This document shows, in pieces, positions 1 to 11,618 of a stretch of 64,000 nucleotides of DNA. The first letter of the stretch is position 1. Each line of letters begins with the position of its first letter. The translations under genes and the position numbers were made by a program. Below the pieces are notes generated by a model. That model searched no databases. It was given only the letters and a program-made list of their open reading frames with translations, and was not told the origin of the DNA. The DNA comes from Paraphysomonas bandaiensis. Its lineage: Eukaryota; Protista; Chrysophyceae. Location of the stretch: the NCBI GenBank assembly GCA_965644295.1, contig CBFFRP010000153.1:103892-167891 (forward strand), in the 5' to 3' direction.

Positions 1-75
1 CACTAGTGGCGGGCAACCGTCTCGGGACTGCTTGTGCATCGCTGCGAGCAAAATGGTGCAACCGTCCCTACTGTA

Positions 76-1592
76 TATTGAAAGTCTTATTATTAGCAAT
101 ATGCTTTAAAAACCTGCACCAACTTAGTAGCTAGATGAATGCTAGACAAACTAGTTAGACCTTTACCCATAACTAATCAGCACAAATTCTATTATTCTAC
201 TATTTAACGCTACGGAAGCTGTTTGTGCGTCGCCGCAAGCACCAAGGTGCGACCACTCCCGCTCTGAGTTCTTAAGGTGAACATACCGGATGCTTGACTT
301 CAGCAGGCAGCCCAATACCCCGGTTACCCTTCAGGTGGGCCTGTCCCAGTTGCCCTTGAGGTGGGCTCATTCCCGGATGCCTGTTTATTCGTCAGGGCCC
401 AAAGACGTCTACACAAGTGACACTTATATTTTGGTGTCCCTTGTATCACACAAGCATTCGGCTATGAGTGGGCAAAAGAATATCTGCTGACTATGTTTGC
501 GGCTCGCGTTAGTTTCCCAGAGAGAATCTCTCCGGTACTTATCCGCCAGAACACACGAAAAGGTGCGAATCCGACTTTGTTGAGGGTAACCGTCCCTTGT
601 AGTGAGGTTAATCGGGGGGTCTACCTTTTTGGGCAACGTGTCTGACATGCTTCTCACCTGCACTCACCCTGACATCATTCACATACGTAAAGATGTCTAC
701 CAAGCACACCACAGTAAGCTTGACAAACTTCGCACACGCACGCTCCCCCATCCCTGGTTACACACCGCCATATAACAAAACTAGCTAAAGCCGCATGGAA
801 TCCAAACACCCCTCAGGTTTAACGCTACTGGGCCGGCCACATTACTGCCACACAATTGGCCGACGCATTCGGACGCCAGATATCCAACGCACTTCTCGAA
901 CATCCGTTCCACGCCCTCGAAAAATCCATCACCTCTATCCTGCTCCCCCTATATAATGGGGGGCTCCGCATGCTTCGAAATAGGGGACTCAGACACCACA
1001 AAGCAGACACAACATCAGTAACACCGGTCACGACACTGACACTCACAGAACGCCAGTCTCAGGTTAATCACACGACACCAAAAATTCTCCAGATACTCAA
1101 GGCGACATCCACCCCTCGAATTCTATCCTCTACAAGAGTCCGAACCCGACAGAGGCAAGCAAAACCACTCCGGAAACAACTCCTCCATTTTGGCCGAAAC
1201 CCCACCTCGACAACCAGCACCATCTCCACCATAGACTTACACTCTCCTCTACATTTCGCCCCATCCACTCCTCACATAACCCATGGTGTGCACAGTCTGT
1301 GCATGCGGAAGCCGTTGTGTGATCATGCCGGGTTTTCCCTTTGGCTCGGTTTCTTCCCATTGCGTAGGATTTGTCCCATACGTATGCCGTCTCGCTCATT
1401 TTGTCGAAATATTATGTTAAGGACAGAGAGCGAAAAGTGGTCGCACCTTGTTGGTCCTTGCGGTGACGCACAAGCAGCTTTCGTAAAGTAAAAGACTAGG
1501 TATCAGAGTTAAGCACATGTGAGTTAAATTGTTTTGCTACACTAGTTCTGACTCTTACACGCCTACTGCTAACTGCTAATAATCAGACATTC
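76..1592. mobile_element. Unclassified inverted-repeat element, copy 1 (conserved ~515-bp left arm plus LINE ORF2 C-terminal remnant)
   Basis: ~205-260 (tacggaagctgtttgtgcgtcgccgcaagcaccaaggtgcgaccact) is the reverse complement of ~1435-1490. The left arm 76-589 recurs at 7270-7555 and at 27628-27709 + 40643-41040. The interior reads ...DMLLTCTHPDI... and WAGHITATQLADAFGRQ, resembling the region after the zinc knuckle of a non-LTR ORF2. Confidence 0.65.
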
Positions 1593-1904
1593 ATTAAGGG
1601 TTTGACATATTGCACACTATTAACTCACTTCAGTTGCACAACACGATTAGTCATACAGTAGAGCTAATAAACAGCGGAATAGAAGATGAAATGCGGAATT
1701 TTTTACTGTTTTTCGTCGTCGCTCTTGTCAGTGTAATGAACATTTGCGACAGCAGACGCATATAATTTTCAGTCATTTTAATGAACGCGTATGTTATCTA
1801 TATTATATAGTTTTCAGATAAAAGTAATTTAAATTCTACGTGACGTCAATGCTCAGTTATAAATCAATTACTAATGTTATTTACAAAGGACCTGTTCTTT
1901 CATT

Positions 1905-4900
1905 TCAACTCGAAGATATGACCTGTTCTTTCATTTCAACGTTTTCTCTAGGCCGGTCGCTGTCTTCAAAATGTTGTCCACGATCGATGTGCTGATAATC
2001 ACTACCAGATCCTACATTCGTATACTCGAGGTCAAAGCCCCAAGGTCTTGGGTAATTAGTTCGTGCTCTAGCCCGTTCGATTAGCCACCTTTTGGACAAT
2101 ACAGCTTCACTCTGACACTGGTAGCTGAGATGATTATGCATCCGGTGGTACGGGAAGAGTGCATCACAGTCAGGGTGTGGGCAAGATACTAATCTATAGG
2201 GGCACAACTCATCCATATGTTTAATGATATGTCGCGCCGGAATCTTCGCCGAGCAGTCTTCACAAATTATCGGAGTATTCTCCGATTCTGCCTTCTGCAG
2301 TATGCTTTCCCGTGCCAATACAGCGGCGCAGGCTATAGTCTCATGCTCTTGTTGTTTTTCTGCAAGGAAAGTAGCTTTGCAGTAAGGTCGTCTGCAGCTA
2401 ATCCGCCGCTTTGGACACTCATGCCTTAAATGGAAGCGCATATCTGCTTTGCGGATACGGTTGTCGCACCCGTTAGGGCATTTTTTTTCTTGAAGTAACG
2501 CTCGTCCCCTCTGTGCAAGCCGAGCGCGCCGAACTTCAAAGGGGCATAGATTCCTCTCGGTGTAAGAAGGAAGCGGTATGGTAATTTGAGGGGTAGATGT
2601 GGTGACCGGACGCTTGTCCGTAGACAAGCTGTTGTTGGCTGCTATTGTCTCTCGCACAGACAAAGGTAACATCGTAGTAGCCTCAAACCACGGAGTTCGT
2701 CTGTCTCCAAGATAACTCATCCCGCCCCGTATTGCAACGGGGAACCTATGGTCCGATACATCAACTACACGTCTTGAGTGTCCACCGTCCTCGAAAGTCC
2801 ACCATCCAATAAGACCTTCTGCAGTCATATTCGGCTCATTCGCCTTCGCTAGCGCCTCCGCTTTTTTCTCAGCCTCTTGTTGCTTTTCTTTCCGCGATAC
2901 CGCCTTTTTCTTAGCGGCATGGCATTCCGCAACATCATGAGATATGCGTAACAGGCATCGCATATCGAGTTTTACCTCTGGCACACTGCGGGTTTTACCC
3001 CAGAAGCGCATGTCAAGTAGGTAGCCATGCATCGATAAAAAGGGAGCACCCACGCTTTTCATGGGCAGGTTAAATACCTTGTCCTTAACTGTCGCCACCA
3101 GCCCTCCGTCCGAATAAAGCATGACGCGCTTTCTTGGCTCCAAGGCGCACATTACACATACATGTGTCCATTGTTCACGGGGAATGGGTAGCTTGAACGA
3201 AGTGGGTCCATCCAAAGTTGTTGAGAACCCTATACGCCCTTGCATGTGAGTGCCTGTTTCATCTTCGTCATCTGAGTCGTCTCCCGTCCCCCGCACGGCG
3301 TTGGACATGTTCATGAATATACCGGCACTATCGCTCATGCACAAAGTTTCTGACCCCCTGTACAAATTTACAACACCAGCTGCAATCTCAGAAAATTTGC
3401 TTTCGCCTTGTAGTGATTTATCTAGTTTCATCTTTTTTTCTTTTTTTGCCCGCCTATCCTTCTTCTTCTTGTCCTTCTTACGCTTCCCCTCACTCATGTC
3501 ACCTTCATCATCCCCAACAGTAGAACTCTTTTTCTTGCGTATTTTTTTTTCTCGGATGAGACCAGACTCTATCCGCCACTCATGAATAATCTGTTGGTCA
3601 TGCTCCAGACGAGACACCATTTCTTCCAACGCTATACCCCAATCTTTCCAGCGCTTCGGTCCCCAGTCAAAGTCGTGTACGTTTGTACTCAATAGCTCGT
3701 ACCCAGGTGGGATATCTATCATCTCTGCAGTATTCTCTTCGTCATTCACTGTTGCTGACTCATCCGCCCCAATATTGCTATTCCCGTCACTATCTGGCAG
3801 GACACATTCCTGTTCATCATTTCCTTCGACTTCTACAATCTCCTCGCCGGAACTCTGAGACGTTGCGGCGGTGCCCATTCTACTCGTCGTAAGTACGCTT
3901 TCCTTATAGCTAGCGCGGCAAGGTACGCCGTCCACCTCAGGGTGCATATCCACTAACTCGCGGTGGGGTCGATATCCCTTGGCAGTGTCGATCTCCTGAA
4001 GGGCAGTTTTCATTGCAATCAAGTACTGCTGTGCAACCACCATAGTCCTGACTGCACTGTCTTCGTAGCCTTGAATCAGTCCTGCCAGCTGCTGCGTAAT
4101 TTCCGCCACGTTCGACATGACCACTCCCCTACGGCCACCTCCAACTGTTGGTGATCGACCCATTCCTTCCAAGATACCTTTCAGGTCCATAATGCGCCCT
4201 CGTATCCGGCATTCTTCAAATATTCTACTAGTAAACTCCTCACCCAGACGTAACGTTTCTCGCAAATGGGAGCGGGCGCACTCTACCTGCGAAGGCCGGT
4301 ATATCCAAAACTCTGCTGTCCACGGAGGAGGTACGTCATCCTCCTCTACAGCCAGGCGAGTGTCACTCCCATCCATGTACAGACAAGACCTTGGGCGGAC
4401 AGAGCTATCTACATCTTCATGCTTCTTGCGATCACGCAAACGAACCATCACTGGACAACCTAAGGCGTGATTCCGACAGGGTACGCGTCTGTTTAGACAG
4501 TCTTCTGTTTCATGTTTGCGAAGCTGCATAAGTGGAACATGCTCACCACACCCAGTGCACTGTACCGGCTCTTTGCGCTCCTTAGATCTGGCTACCAGTT
4601 CGTCTTTACGCTGCTCAACACTGCATTCAGATCGCAAATGCTGCACCAGTCGGGCTATAGGAATTTCTTCCATACATCCAAGGTGCCTATTGAGGCAATA
4701 AACCTTACGCATCCGGCAATGGTCGAGCCGATGCCGCTTGATATCCTGCATGCGTAACCGCTCCTGACAATCGCTGCACACTTCAAACTCATCCGCTGGT
4801 ACGGTACGTGACTTCACCTCGATATCCCCCAAACCTTCATCGCTCCCTGCTCTGGGACTCCGAAGATCGTCACCTGTGCCATCCTCCATTACAACCCGTG

Positions 4901-5465
4901 GTGTAGAGGGCAGGGGGTTGCGGTGGGAGCTGGACATAGACAGTATCAATGACTCCCGTAACTCGCGGGATGCCTCCTTGCGCTTTATGGCAGAGCTGGC
5001 CATCGCTCGTCGGTGCTTAGCTATCTTACATCCAAAGGTAAGGTGTTTCTTCATTTCCCCCTGAGGTAATATCACTCCGCACCCTTGCTCCTGACATTGT
5101 ACCGTTTTCTCTCTGCAAAACTTAGACATGTGTCTGCGCAAATCGCGGACTGACATGTTCTCAAAACAGTGCGGACATGAAGTCACCTGGGGTGACATGT
5201 AGTCGATGGAATAGGACTTGTCTGTCTGGGGAACATCCGCAGAGTCTTTGGACACGCTATTTGTCCGGATTGTGGATATAGTGCGGTCGATACTCTTCAG
5301 TTTGCGCTGAAGACTCTCACGGCGCTCGATCTCCGCAAGATTCAACTGAATATATTCCACACTGCTACTACCACTGCCTGGTCCACAGCTCACTGACCGC
5401 GACACAGACATTGACTCTGGTACTGCAGCTCGTGAAGATGATTGTGGAGGCCCAGATATAGACAC
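1905..5465 (-). CDS. Multi-TRAF-type zinc finger protein with a split LamG/concanavalin-A-like domain (~1170-1190 aa; start uncertain)
   Basis: Long ORF with repeated CxxC...H...C TRAF-type fingers at both ends (CPHC..RHMSKFC, CPNGC..FHLRHEC, CPHPDC..HLSYQC). LamG motifs: PWTAEFWI, WTHVCVMC, LLDMRFWGKTRS, GLIGWWTFEDG. Confidence 0.85.
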   Translation of the reverse strand: MSISGPPQSSSRAAVPESMSVSRSVSCGPGSGSSSVEYIQLNLAEIERRESLQRKLKSIDRTISTIRTNSVSKDSADVPQTDKSYSIDYMSPQVTSCPHCFENMSVRDLRRHMSKFCREKTVQCQEQGCGVILPQGEMKKHLTFGCKIAKHRRAMASSAIKRKEASRELRESLILSMSSSHRNPLPSTPRVVMEDGTGDDLRSPRAGSDEGLGDIEVKSRTVPADEFEVCSDCQERLRMQDIKRHRLDHCRMRKVYCLNRHLGCMEEIPIARLVQHLRSECSVEQRKDELVARSKERKEPVQCTGCGEHVPLMQLRKHETEDCLNRRVPCRNHALGCPVMVRLRDRKKHEDVDSSVRPRSCLYMDGSDTRLAVEEDDVPPPWTAEFWIYRPSQVECARSHLRETLRLGEEFTSRIFEECRIRGRIMDLKGILEGMGRSPTVGGGRRGVVMSNVAEITQQLAGLIQGYEDSAVRTMVVAQQYLIAMKTALQEIDTAKGYRPHRELVDMHPEVDGVPCRASYKESVLTTSRMGTAATSQSSGEEIVEVEGNDEQECVLPDSDGNSNIGADESATVNDEENTAEMIDIPPGYELLSTNVHDFDWGPKRWKDWGIALEEMVSRLEHDQQIIHEWRIESGLIREKKIRKKKSSTVGDDEGDMSEGKRKKDKKKKDRRAKKEKKMKLDKSLQGESKFSEIAAGVVNLYRGSETLCMSDSAGIFMNMSNAVRGTGDDSDDEDETGTHMQGRIGFSTTLDGPTSFKLPIPREQWTHVCVMCALEPRKRVMLYSDGGLVATVKDKVFNLPMKSVGAPFLSMHGYLLDMRFWGKTRSVPEVKLDMRCLLRISHDVAECHAAKKKAVSRKEKQQEAEKKAEALAKANEPNMTAEGLIGWWTFEDGGHSRRVVDVSDHRFPVAIRGGMSYLGDRRTPWFEATTMLPLSVRETIAANNSLSTDKRPVTTSTPQITIPLPSYTERNLCPFEVRRARLAQRGRALLQEKKCPNGCDNRIRKADMRFHLRHECPKRRISCRRPYCKATFLAEKQQEHETIACAAVLARESILQKAESENTPIICEDCSAKIPARHIIKHMDELCPYRLVSCPHPDCDALFPYHRMHNHLSYQCQSEAVLSKRWLIERARARTNYPRPWGFDLEYTNVGSGSDYQHIDRGQHFEDSDRPRENVEMKEQVISSS

Positions 5466-7182
5466 AGACTATAGTAGAAATGACGCGCTCGAGCTACTCA
5501 TACAGGGCCGATACCCTACTGACACGCGATCCACCTCATATCCGCATCAGAGAGCATATCACGAATGGTAATGCTGTTTTCTTTTCGTTCTCCTCGTAAC
5601 GTTGAGACCGATACATTGATTGGAGTCTACAATACACACACAATACCATATACAACATATAGCTACAGTATACAGTACATGCATACAAGAGGAATACATG
5701 CATACTCATGTCTGTAGGAATGTGAAACCTGCAGGAAAAAAAGTTTGCCGTTATTATCTACGTACTGCTGTATTCAATGTATTCGTCATGTGGTGCTGTT
5801 TTTAGTGCGTACATGTAAGATTATTAGATCAGTATACAGTACCGGTATACAGTATGTCATGATTAGCAAGTATATCACAAGATTTCAAGCAAGTATACCG
5901 GAACTCCTCATACAGAGTATGATCAGGCCATTTTCATTCCACTCATTTCAACCGTTTCGGCTTAATACATGGGTTATTTAGGCCAACAGGGTTTTAGGGG
6001 TGAGCAAAACGCCATTATTAAACCCCTAAATCCCATATCCAGCACCACCCTGCAGGATGACACAGAATGAGAGAACTATTGCCTATCTTAGGCTCTAACA
6101 GCAGCCGCTAAGGTTCCACAGACTTCATATTCATTATCGGCGTGTGAGGCGTAAGGAAGGTACAATATGGTAAGGTTGTGTTACGTGAAATATGTGATAA
6201 TATTTGCTTCAGCCAGCTTCCACAGTCGCCGTGAAGATATCCCCGAATCTATTCCAGAGGCATGCTCATGTGGGCTGTGTCCTTTAAAGACGAATATCCG
6301 GGGGCTGCACTTTCTGCCTCGCCAGGTAAATAAATACGCTCTGTATAACTTTGCTTATGGATATTTCCTGTTGAAAGATGAAGATGATGTAATCGATGAT
6401 GCAATTATTTAGAGCGAACGCTTTCTTCAGAAACTTTTATATTCTTCAGACAGAACTTTGATTTTTCTTACACCCTGTATTCACCAATGTTTCGTCATAT
6501 GGGAAAAGATTGAAGACGGGGCAATAGTAGCCAAGGAGCTCCATAATTTAGCTATAAGGCAATTTCTTATTCCTGGCGGCTTTGGGTGGCCTTTCGGTAC
6601 TCTTTTTCCTGGACTAACTGGCAGAACAGAAGCTGGTAGCTGTCTGGCTCACAATTTATGTGTGCCGAAAGTGACGCACTTCCATAGAGAACTTTCGGTC
6701 ATACTTCAAGCAGGCGAGAGATGAATTGGGTAACCGCCTTCTGGACCGCCTTTCTGACGTCGATGGATCCAAGAACAAGAGGTGGTTAGTGGTTAAACAT
6801 ACTTGGTTAGCCTCAATGATTGCTCTCATTTCTGTTTGCTGGCATTTTCGAAGCGAAAGTCATGGGAAAAGAGCTGAAGCACTAATATTTGACTGGCGTA
6901 TTAGAACTTTCTGTCCATGAGTAGATTTTCTTAAATAACATGTTCGTGTCTCATAACATATTATGATCGTTAGTTTAAGAATACAGTAGTTGAAAACTAT
7001 AGTACCAATGAAATGATATACATTATCTGTTGACTATAAAAGATCTTGTCTACATAAGATATTGGTTGGTAGTTGAGTGCAATTAAAAGCTGTAGTCTAA
7101 GGTATTGGAAATATGGCGGTTAATCGAAGAATACGGAAGTAGTTAACTGTATGATGAGAACTGATGTCATAATAGTAGTGAC

Positions 7183-8314
7183 TGTCTGATATTAGCAATT
7201 GGCGTGCAAGAGTCAGAACTAATGTAGCAAAACAATTTAACTAAAACTACTAGTGCTTAACTCTGATATCCTACTATTTAACGCTATGAAAGCTGCTTTG
7301 CTCTGCTAACTTCAGGATTTTGTGTCTTTAAGGTAAGCAGCCCGGATGGTTGACTATATACCCCGGATGCCCTTGAGGTGGGCCCATTCCCGGATGCCAA
7401 TTTATTTGTCAGGTCCCGAAGACGTCTACACAAGTGACACTTATTAACGCCCCTTGTTGTCACAGAAGCATTTGTTGGCTATAATGAGTGGGCAGAACAA
7501 TATCTGCTGGCTATATATATTATGCGGCTCACGTTTGTTTCCCGGAGAAATATCCGGACGGGGACTATTACTGAGGCCCAACTGGAAAATGTGTTTGGGG
7601 CGCAATACAACTGTGCTTTAAACTCGCGAGGACTTCGTACTCTAGAAATAGCAGTTGTCAACAATCTTCACGCTGAAGCCAAAACACTGTTTCAAGACCG
7701 TAGTCGTCGCTACGCTTCCACACCCAACGGACCGCATATAGACTCTCCCCCCCAGAACATGTCAGAAATGCAGCAACACACGATTGAAACGTAGAAACAC
7801 ACGTCGTAAACCGCTGGTTCTTCGCTAACTACAGGTGTAACGAAGAGACCTAGGTCATCCCACACGTCTATACCTCTTTCACAATCTGCACAAGTGGAAA
7901 CGCCAAGGTGCAGCCTTCGCCATATCCAGACACGATGGCGTCCCCAATCCACCCCCTCGTCCATGTTTCTCAGGCTAGGTACACTCGACACTCAACTCAC
8001 TAATTTCGAGTCCTGTGTCTCCACAAAGTTCTACAGCAAGAGACGCCCCCCTGACTGACCACATCTGCACTTTTAGGACTCACGTCCATAGGGACCTTCT
8101 CCATCACATACAAGAACAGAAGTGGTCACACCTTGGTGCTTTCGGCGACGCACAAGCAGCTTTCGTAGCGTTATATTATAGTACGGTATGAGAATTTGTA
8201 CTAGTTATAGTAAGTTAGTAACAGGTAGAAGTCTATCTAGCTTGATTAGTTTTCATCTAGCTACTTATCTGGTGCTGATTCACGACGCCTATTTCTAATA
8301 ACAAGACGTTCATA
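7183..8314. mobile_element. Unclassified inverted-repeat element, copy 2
   Basis: 7270-7555 is homologous to 195-540. 8121-8314 is the reverse complement of 76-260. 7183-7270 is the reverse complement of 1497-1592. The interior GTITEAQLENVFGAQ resembles copy-1 GHITATQLADAFGRQ. Confidence 0.65.
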
Positions 8315-8552
8315 TATGTAGTACGTAGTACATATTATGTGCCCATTCAGAAAAAGTCAAAGGTTGATATACCTATGCGCAATTGGACTACAAATAACTG
8401 CCCTAGGATATGAATAGTATTGATTGGTGATAACGTATAAGTTATAGTGAAGAAAGCACGTTGAATATAAAGGATCTACTGAACGTAAGTGAGCGTAAAC
8501 CCTGCGAATTATCTACTATTTTCAATTGGGCAGAGTTTTAGATATACTCTTT

Positions 8553-9612
8553 TCATCCACACACGGTTTTCCATATATTGCTAGCTGAAGAAATATTCAA
8601 TCCGTAATTTAAAAGTAATTGCTCGTGAATTCGAATAGCTTGATTGTACAAAATTCTCTCGGAGCGACATCTCTCATGTAACACACGTAACGTATCTAGA
8701 GAGAAAAGTTTCTCAGGAGCAGGCCTTGTGGTAGAATTAAATATACTTAAGTACTTCTTCTCTACATTATGCGTAACGTGCCGATTACAAGTACTTGATA
8801 TTTTCATACGGAGGTCTAGTGCCAGAAGGACAAACATTGAAGGCATATTCTCAGAAATACCGACAACTGCAATGTCTCTGTTCAAATTCACTAAAGCTCT
8901 AGATAGAGTGACTGGTGTGTTTCGAAACGGTCGTATCATTGTTCGGCTCATTACTGTCTCGTACTCATTGAGCAACAGATTAGGGTCTGTAGAATAGTGT
9001 GTCACGGTATCCAAGAGAAAATTCATTTCTTCTGTAAAGAATTTGATATTCCTGAGTACACAGAAAGGTGACAATACTATACAAACTCACCAGCAGATAT
9101 ATTTTTAGGATCTGAGACTAGCTTGTCAATCCCCATCCACGCGCTTGATTCTTGAATTCGATCTTTAACGTCATATATCAATTTCTTAAAGAATTCATGA
9201 AAAAAATACAACTGTGATATGAGTTTCTCAACTGGGTCGCGAAACAGAGCAACCAACACAACTCCGCATTGATCTGGTGGGAATATGAAGTGAATGTCAT
9301 ATACATATCGTACCACGCTTTACAACCTGGATGCAAACAGTGCCGTAGTATACCATCTTTTCCATGTTGAATGTACTGATTTAACACAGGGTGGGTGAAC
9401 GGGTCTTCTCCACAAGATGACGCGTTCCACCATTTATAATATGATTTTTTCGGAAACGAATCCCTCAACAACTTTGCAACAGACGACGATGCAACTTTAT
9501 GAAATTTCAGAAATACAGGCATTGGGGTACATTCCAACTGAGAGACAACAGCAGAGGATAGAAACCCGCAGACGACAAAACACAGTTGAAAAATATAACC
9601 TGGCATCCGCAT
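8553..9612 (-). CDS. Galactose-3-O-sulfotransferase-like Golgi sulfotransferase (3 exons, 315 aa)
   Basis: N-terminal hydrophobic anchor, 5'-PAPS motif FLKFHKVASSSV, 3'-PAPS motif LFRDPVEKLIS. GT-AG introns 9274-9326 and 9032-9090 join the three ORF pieces in frame (948 nt). Confidence 0.8.
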
Positions 9613-10013
9613 AGTTAGTATGATGAATGTAGGGAAGGAGTCTTAGGATGACCTGATCTCACGCTTGAATATCCATATCGGATATCGTACACTTCATCCG
9701 GTTCATTCAAGACTCTTTCACAGCTCTAGAGCTGCACCATGGTGCAGGCTTGAAACAGTCCACACTATAATACACCGTATACCATTGGTATACCCATATA
9801 CGGTAGACTGAATGGAGACAAAAAGCAAGTGGGTATGCGGTACACCAGAGAGAATGAACACTCCACTCCACTCCAGCACCGCATATGGTACAATAAGAGC
9901 CAACTTAACTTATTTATACTGTATCTGTACGATCTTTAATTTATCTGCGTATGTCTGTAGCCAGGATTGAATTTCAAGGCAGATACTCGAAAGATTAAGT
10001 CTTGTTCACTGAT

Positions 10014-11618
10014 ATGGTATGGTTTGGGAGGGTGTTGGACAGCACCAGTGCAGTGCCTGGACAGAGGCAAGCTGGAGCGAAGTTCGCCCTTCTTGTGCTG
10101 ACTACGATCAATTTATTAAATTTTGCAGATAGATATGTCACATCTGCTGTGAAGGAATTAATTAAGAGTGACTTACAGTTGTCGGATGCTGAAACAGCAT
10201 TACCTACCACTGGAATGGTTGTGGTGTATGTCATTTCGGCATGTGTATTCGGAGTTATTGGGGATATGCAGTTAGTAGACAGGAGGTTTATTCTTGCCGT
10301 CGCGATTGCATTTTGGTCGCTGGCGACTGCTTCGGCAGGGCTTGCTCAAAATTTGGAACAGCTTGTTATATTGCGGTCTCTTGTGGGGGTCGGAGAAGCT
10401 GCGTATTCTACCATAGCCCCACCGATGATATCCGATTTTTTCCCATCCCGTGATCGTAACATTGCATATAGTATATATTTCCTTGCTATGCCAGTCGGGG
10501 GTGCTGTTGGATTCGGTGTGGGAGCAGTGTTGGGATCAGCCTTTGGCTGGCGCATTGCTCTTTTAGGTGTGGGACTCCCCGGTGTAGTGGCATCAGTGTG
10601 TGTGTTGATGTGTAATAACCCTGCGCATGGATTGAATGACATTGAATACCTGAATGCCTCTCACAAAGTCCATGGAGTGGAGATTGGTACCCCTAGCGTG
10701 TTCTTTGGAGATATTAAGGAGGGATATGTAAATATGATTTCTACCCCTGATGATGGTTTCGACGGGGAACTTAGCAGCCACTTTCCCCTTCACTCCCAAA
10801 ATGGTCCAGCTACAGGAGCAACTCAGTTTCCTCCCCCTAACACAGAGTTAACACGTTCACCGAGATTAAGTTGGTATTACCTTAAAAGAGATGTAACAGA
10901 GATATGCCTAAACAAACTATATGTTACGGCAACTGCTGGTACAGTGGCGAATACATTTGCAGTCGGTGGGCTGGCAGAATGGTTTCCAGCTTACATGACT
11001 CGTTTTCATGATGTTAGCGTGGGGGAATCAGGACTGGTAGTAGGCATCGCAACAATACTTGGAGGCATTGGTGGATGTATTATTGGAGCAAAAACATCGC
11101 AGTATTTAGATGGAAAAGTGAAGAGCGCATATTTTAGTGTGCCAGCGGCATACACCGTACCATCGGCCATCTTCCTGTTCCTGTTGCTTAATGCGTCTCC
11201 CGAACACATGGTCTATTTAGCGTACGCCTTCCTCTTCCTCGCTGAAGTATTTGTGTGGACAAATATGGCGCCAATATCTACAATCGCTATATCATCGATT
11301 CATCCGAAATTACGGGCCACTTCTTGTGGTCTTTCCATTGTCCTTCAGCACGTCTTGGGCGATATGATATCTCCCCTGATAATAGGAGGAATATCGGACA
11401 CAACTGGTTCACTACGTACTGGTCTGCAAGTGTGTTGGATAATGACTCTTGTGTCGGGTGCATTCTGGTGGGCCGGGTACAGATTTTTACCCGCTCTTCG
11501 TATGCATTCAAAACCGAGAACAGTTAGTCAATCGGAGTATTTCGAACGACAGACAACATTTAGAGATATCTTATTTGCAGATGATGCTGAGTTTTGGAAG
11601 CCTTGTGCCATCACGTAG
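10014..11618 (+). CDS. Spinster-family MFS transporter
   Basis: INLLNFADRY, RSLVGVGEAAYSTIAPPMISDFF and HVLGDMISP motifs; about 12 hydrophobic segments. First in-frame ATG is at 10014. Confidence 0.9.
   Translation: MVWFGRVLDSTSAVPGQRQAGAKFALLVLTTINLLNFADRYVTSAVKELIKSDLQLSDAETALPTTGMVVVYVISACVFGVIGDMQLVDRRFILAVAIAFWSLATASAGLAQNLEQLVILRSLVGVGEAAYSTIAPPMISDFFPSRDRNIAYSIYFLAMPVGGAVGFGVGAVLGSAFGWRIALLGVGLPGVVASVCVLMCNNPAHGLNDIEYLNASHKVHGVEIGTPSVFFGDIKEGYVNMISTPDDGFDGELSSHFPLHSQNGPATGATQFPPPNTELTRSPRLSWYYLKRDVTEICLNKLYVTATAGTVANTFAVGGLAEWFPAYMTRFHDVSVGESGLVVGIATILGGIGGCIIGAKTSQYLDGKVKSAYFSVPAAYTVPSAIFLFLLLNASPEHMVYLAYAFLFLAEVFVWTNMAPISTIAISSIHPKLRATSCGLSIVLQHVLGDMISPLIIGGISDTTGSLRTGLQVCWIMTLVSGAFWWAGYRFLPALRMHSKPRTVSQSEYFERQTTFRDILFADDAEFWKPCAIT

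Noticed and set aside
1-75. Right end of a Tc1/pogo-like MITE (...cctactgTA)
   Set aside because: The partner TIR would lie outside the window; cannot be verified.
280-400. Hammerhead ribozyme (CTGACGA on the minus strand) suggesting a Penelope element
   Set aside because: I could not find the matching GAAA core and stems; a covariance-model search is needed.
2217-5064. Short + strand ORFs antisense to the TRAF gene (and similar shadow ORFs over other genes)
   Set aside because: Antisense or alternative-frame by-products with no independent motifs.
5985-6035. Telomere-like TTTAGGG/CCCTAAA hairpin
   Set aside because: Single imperfect unit per arm; too short to support an interstitial telomere call.
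6100-6950. Possible gene or TE ORF remnants
   Set aside because: Only short ORFs with no motif I can recognise.
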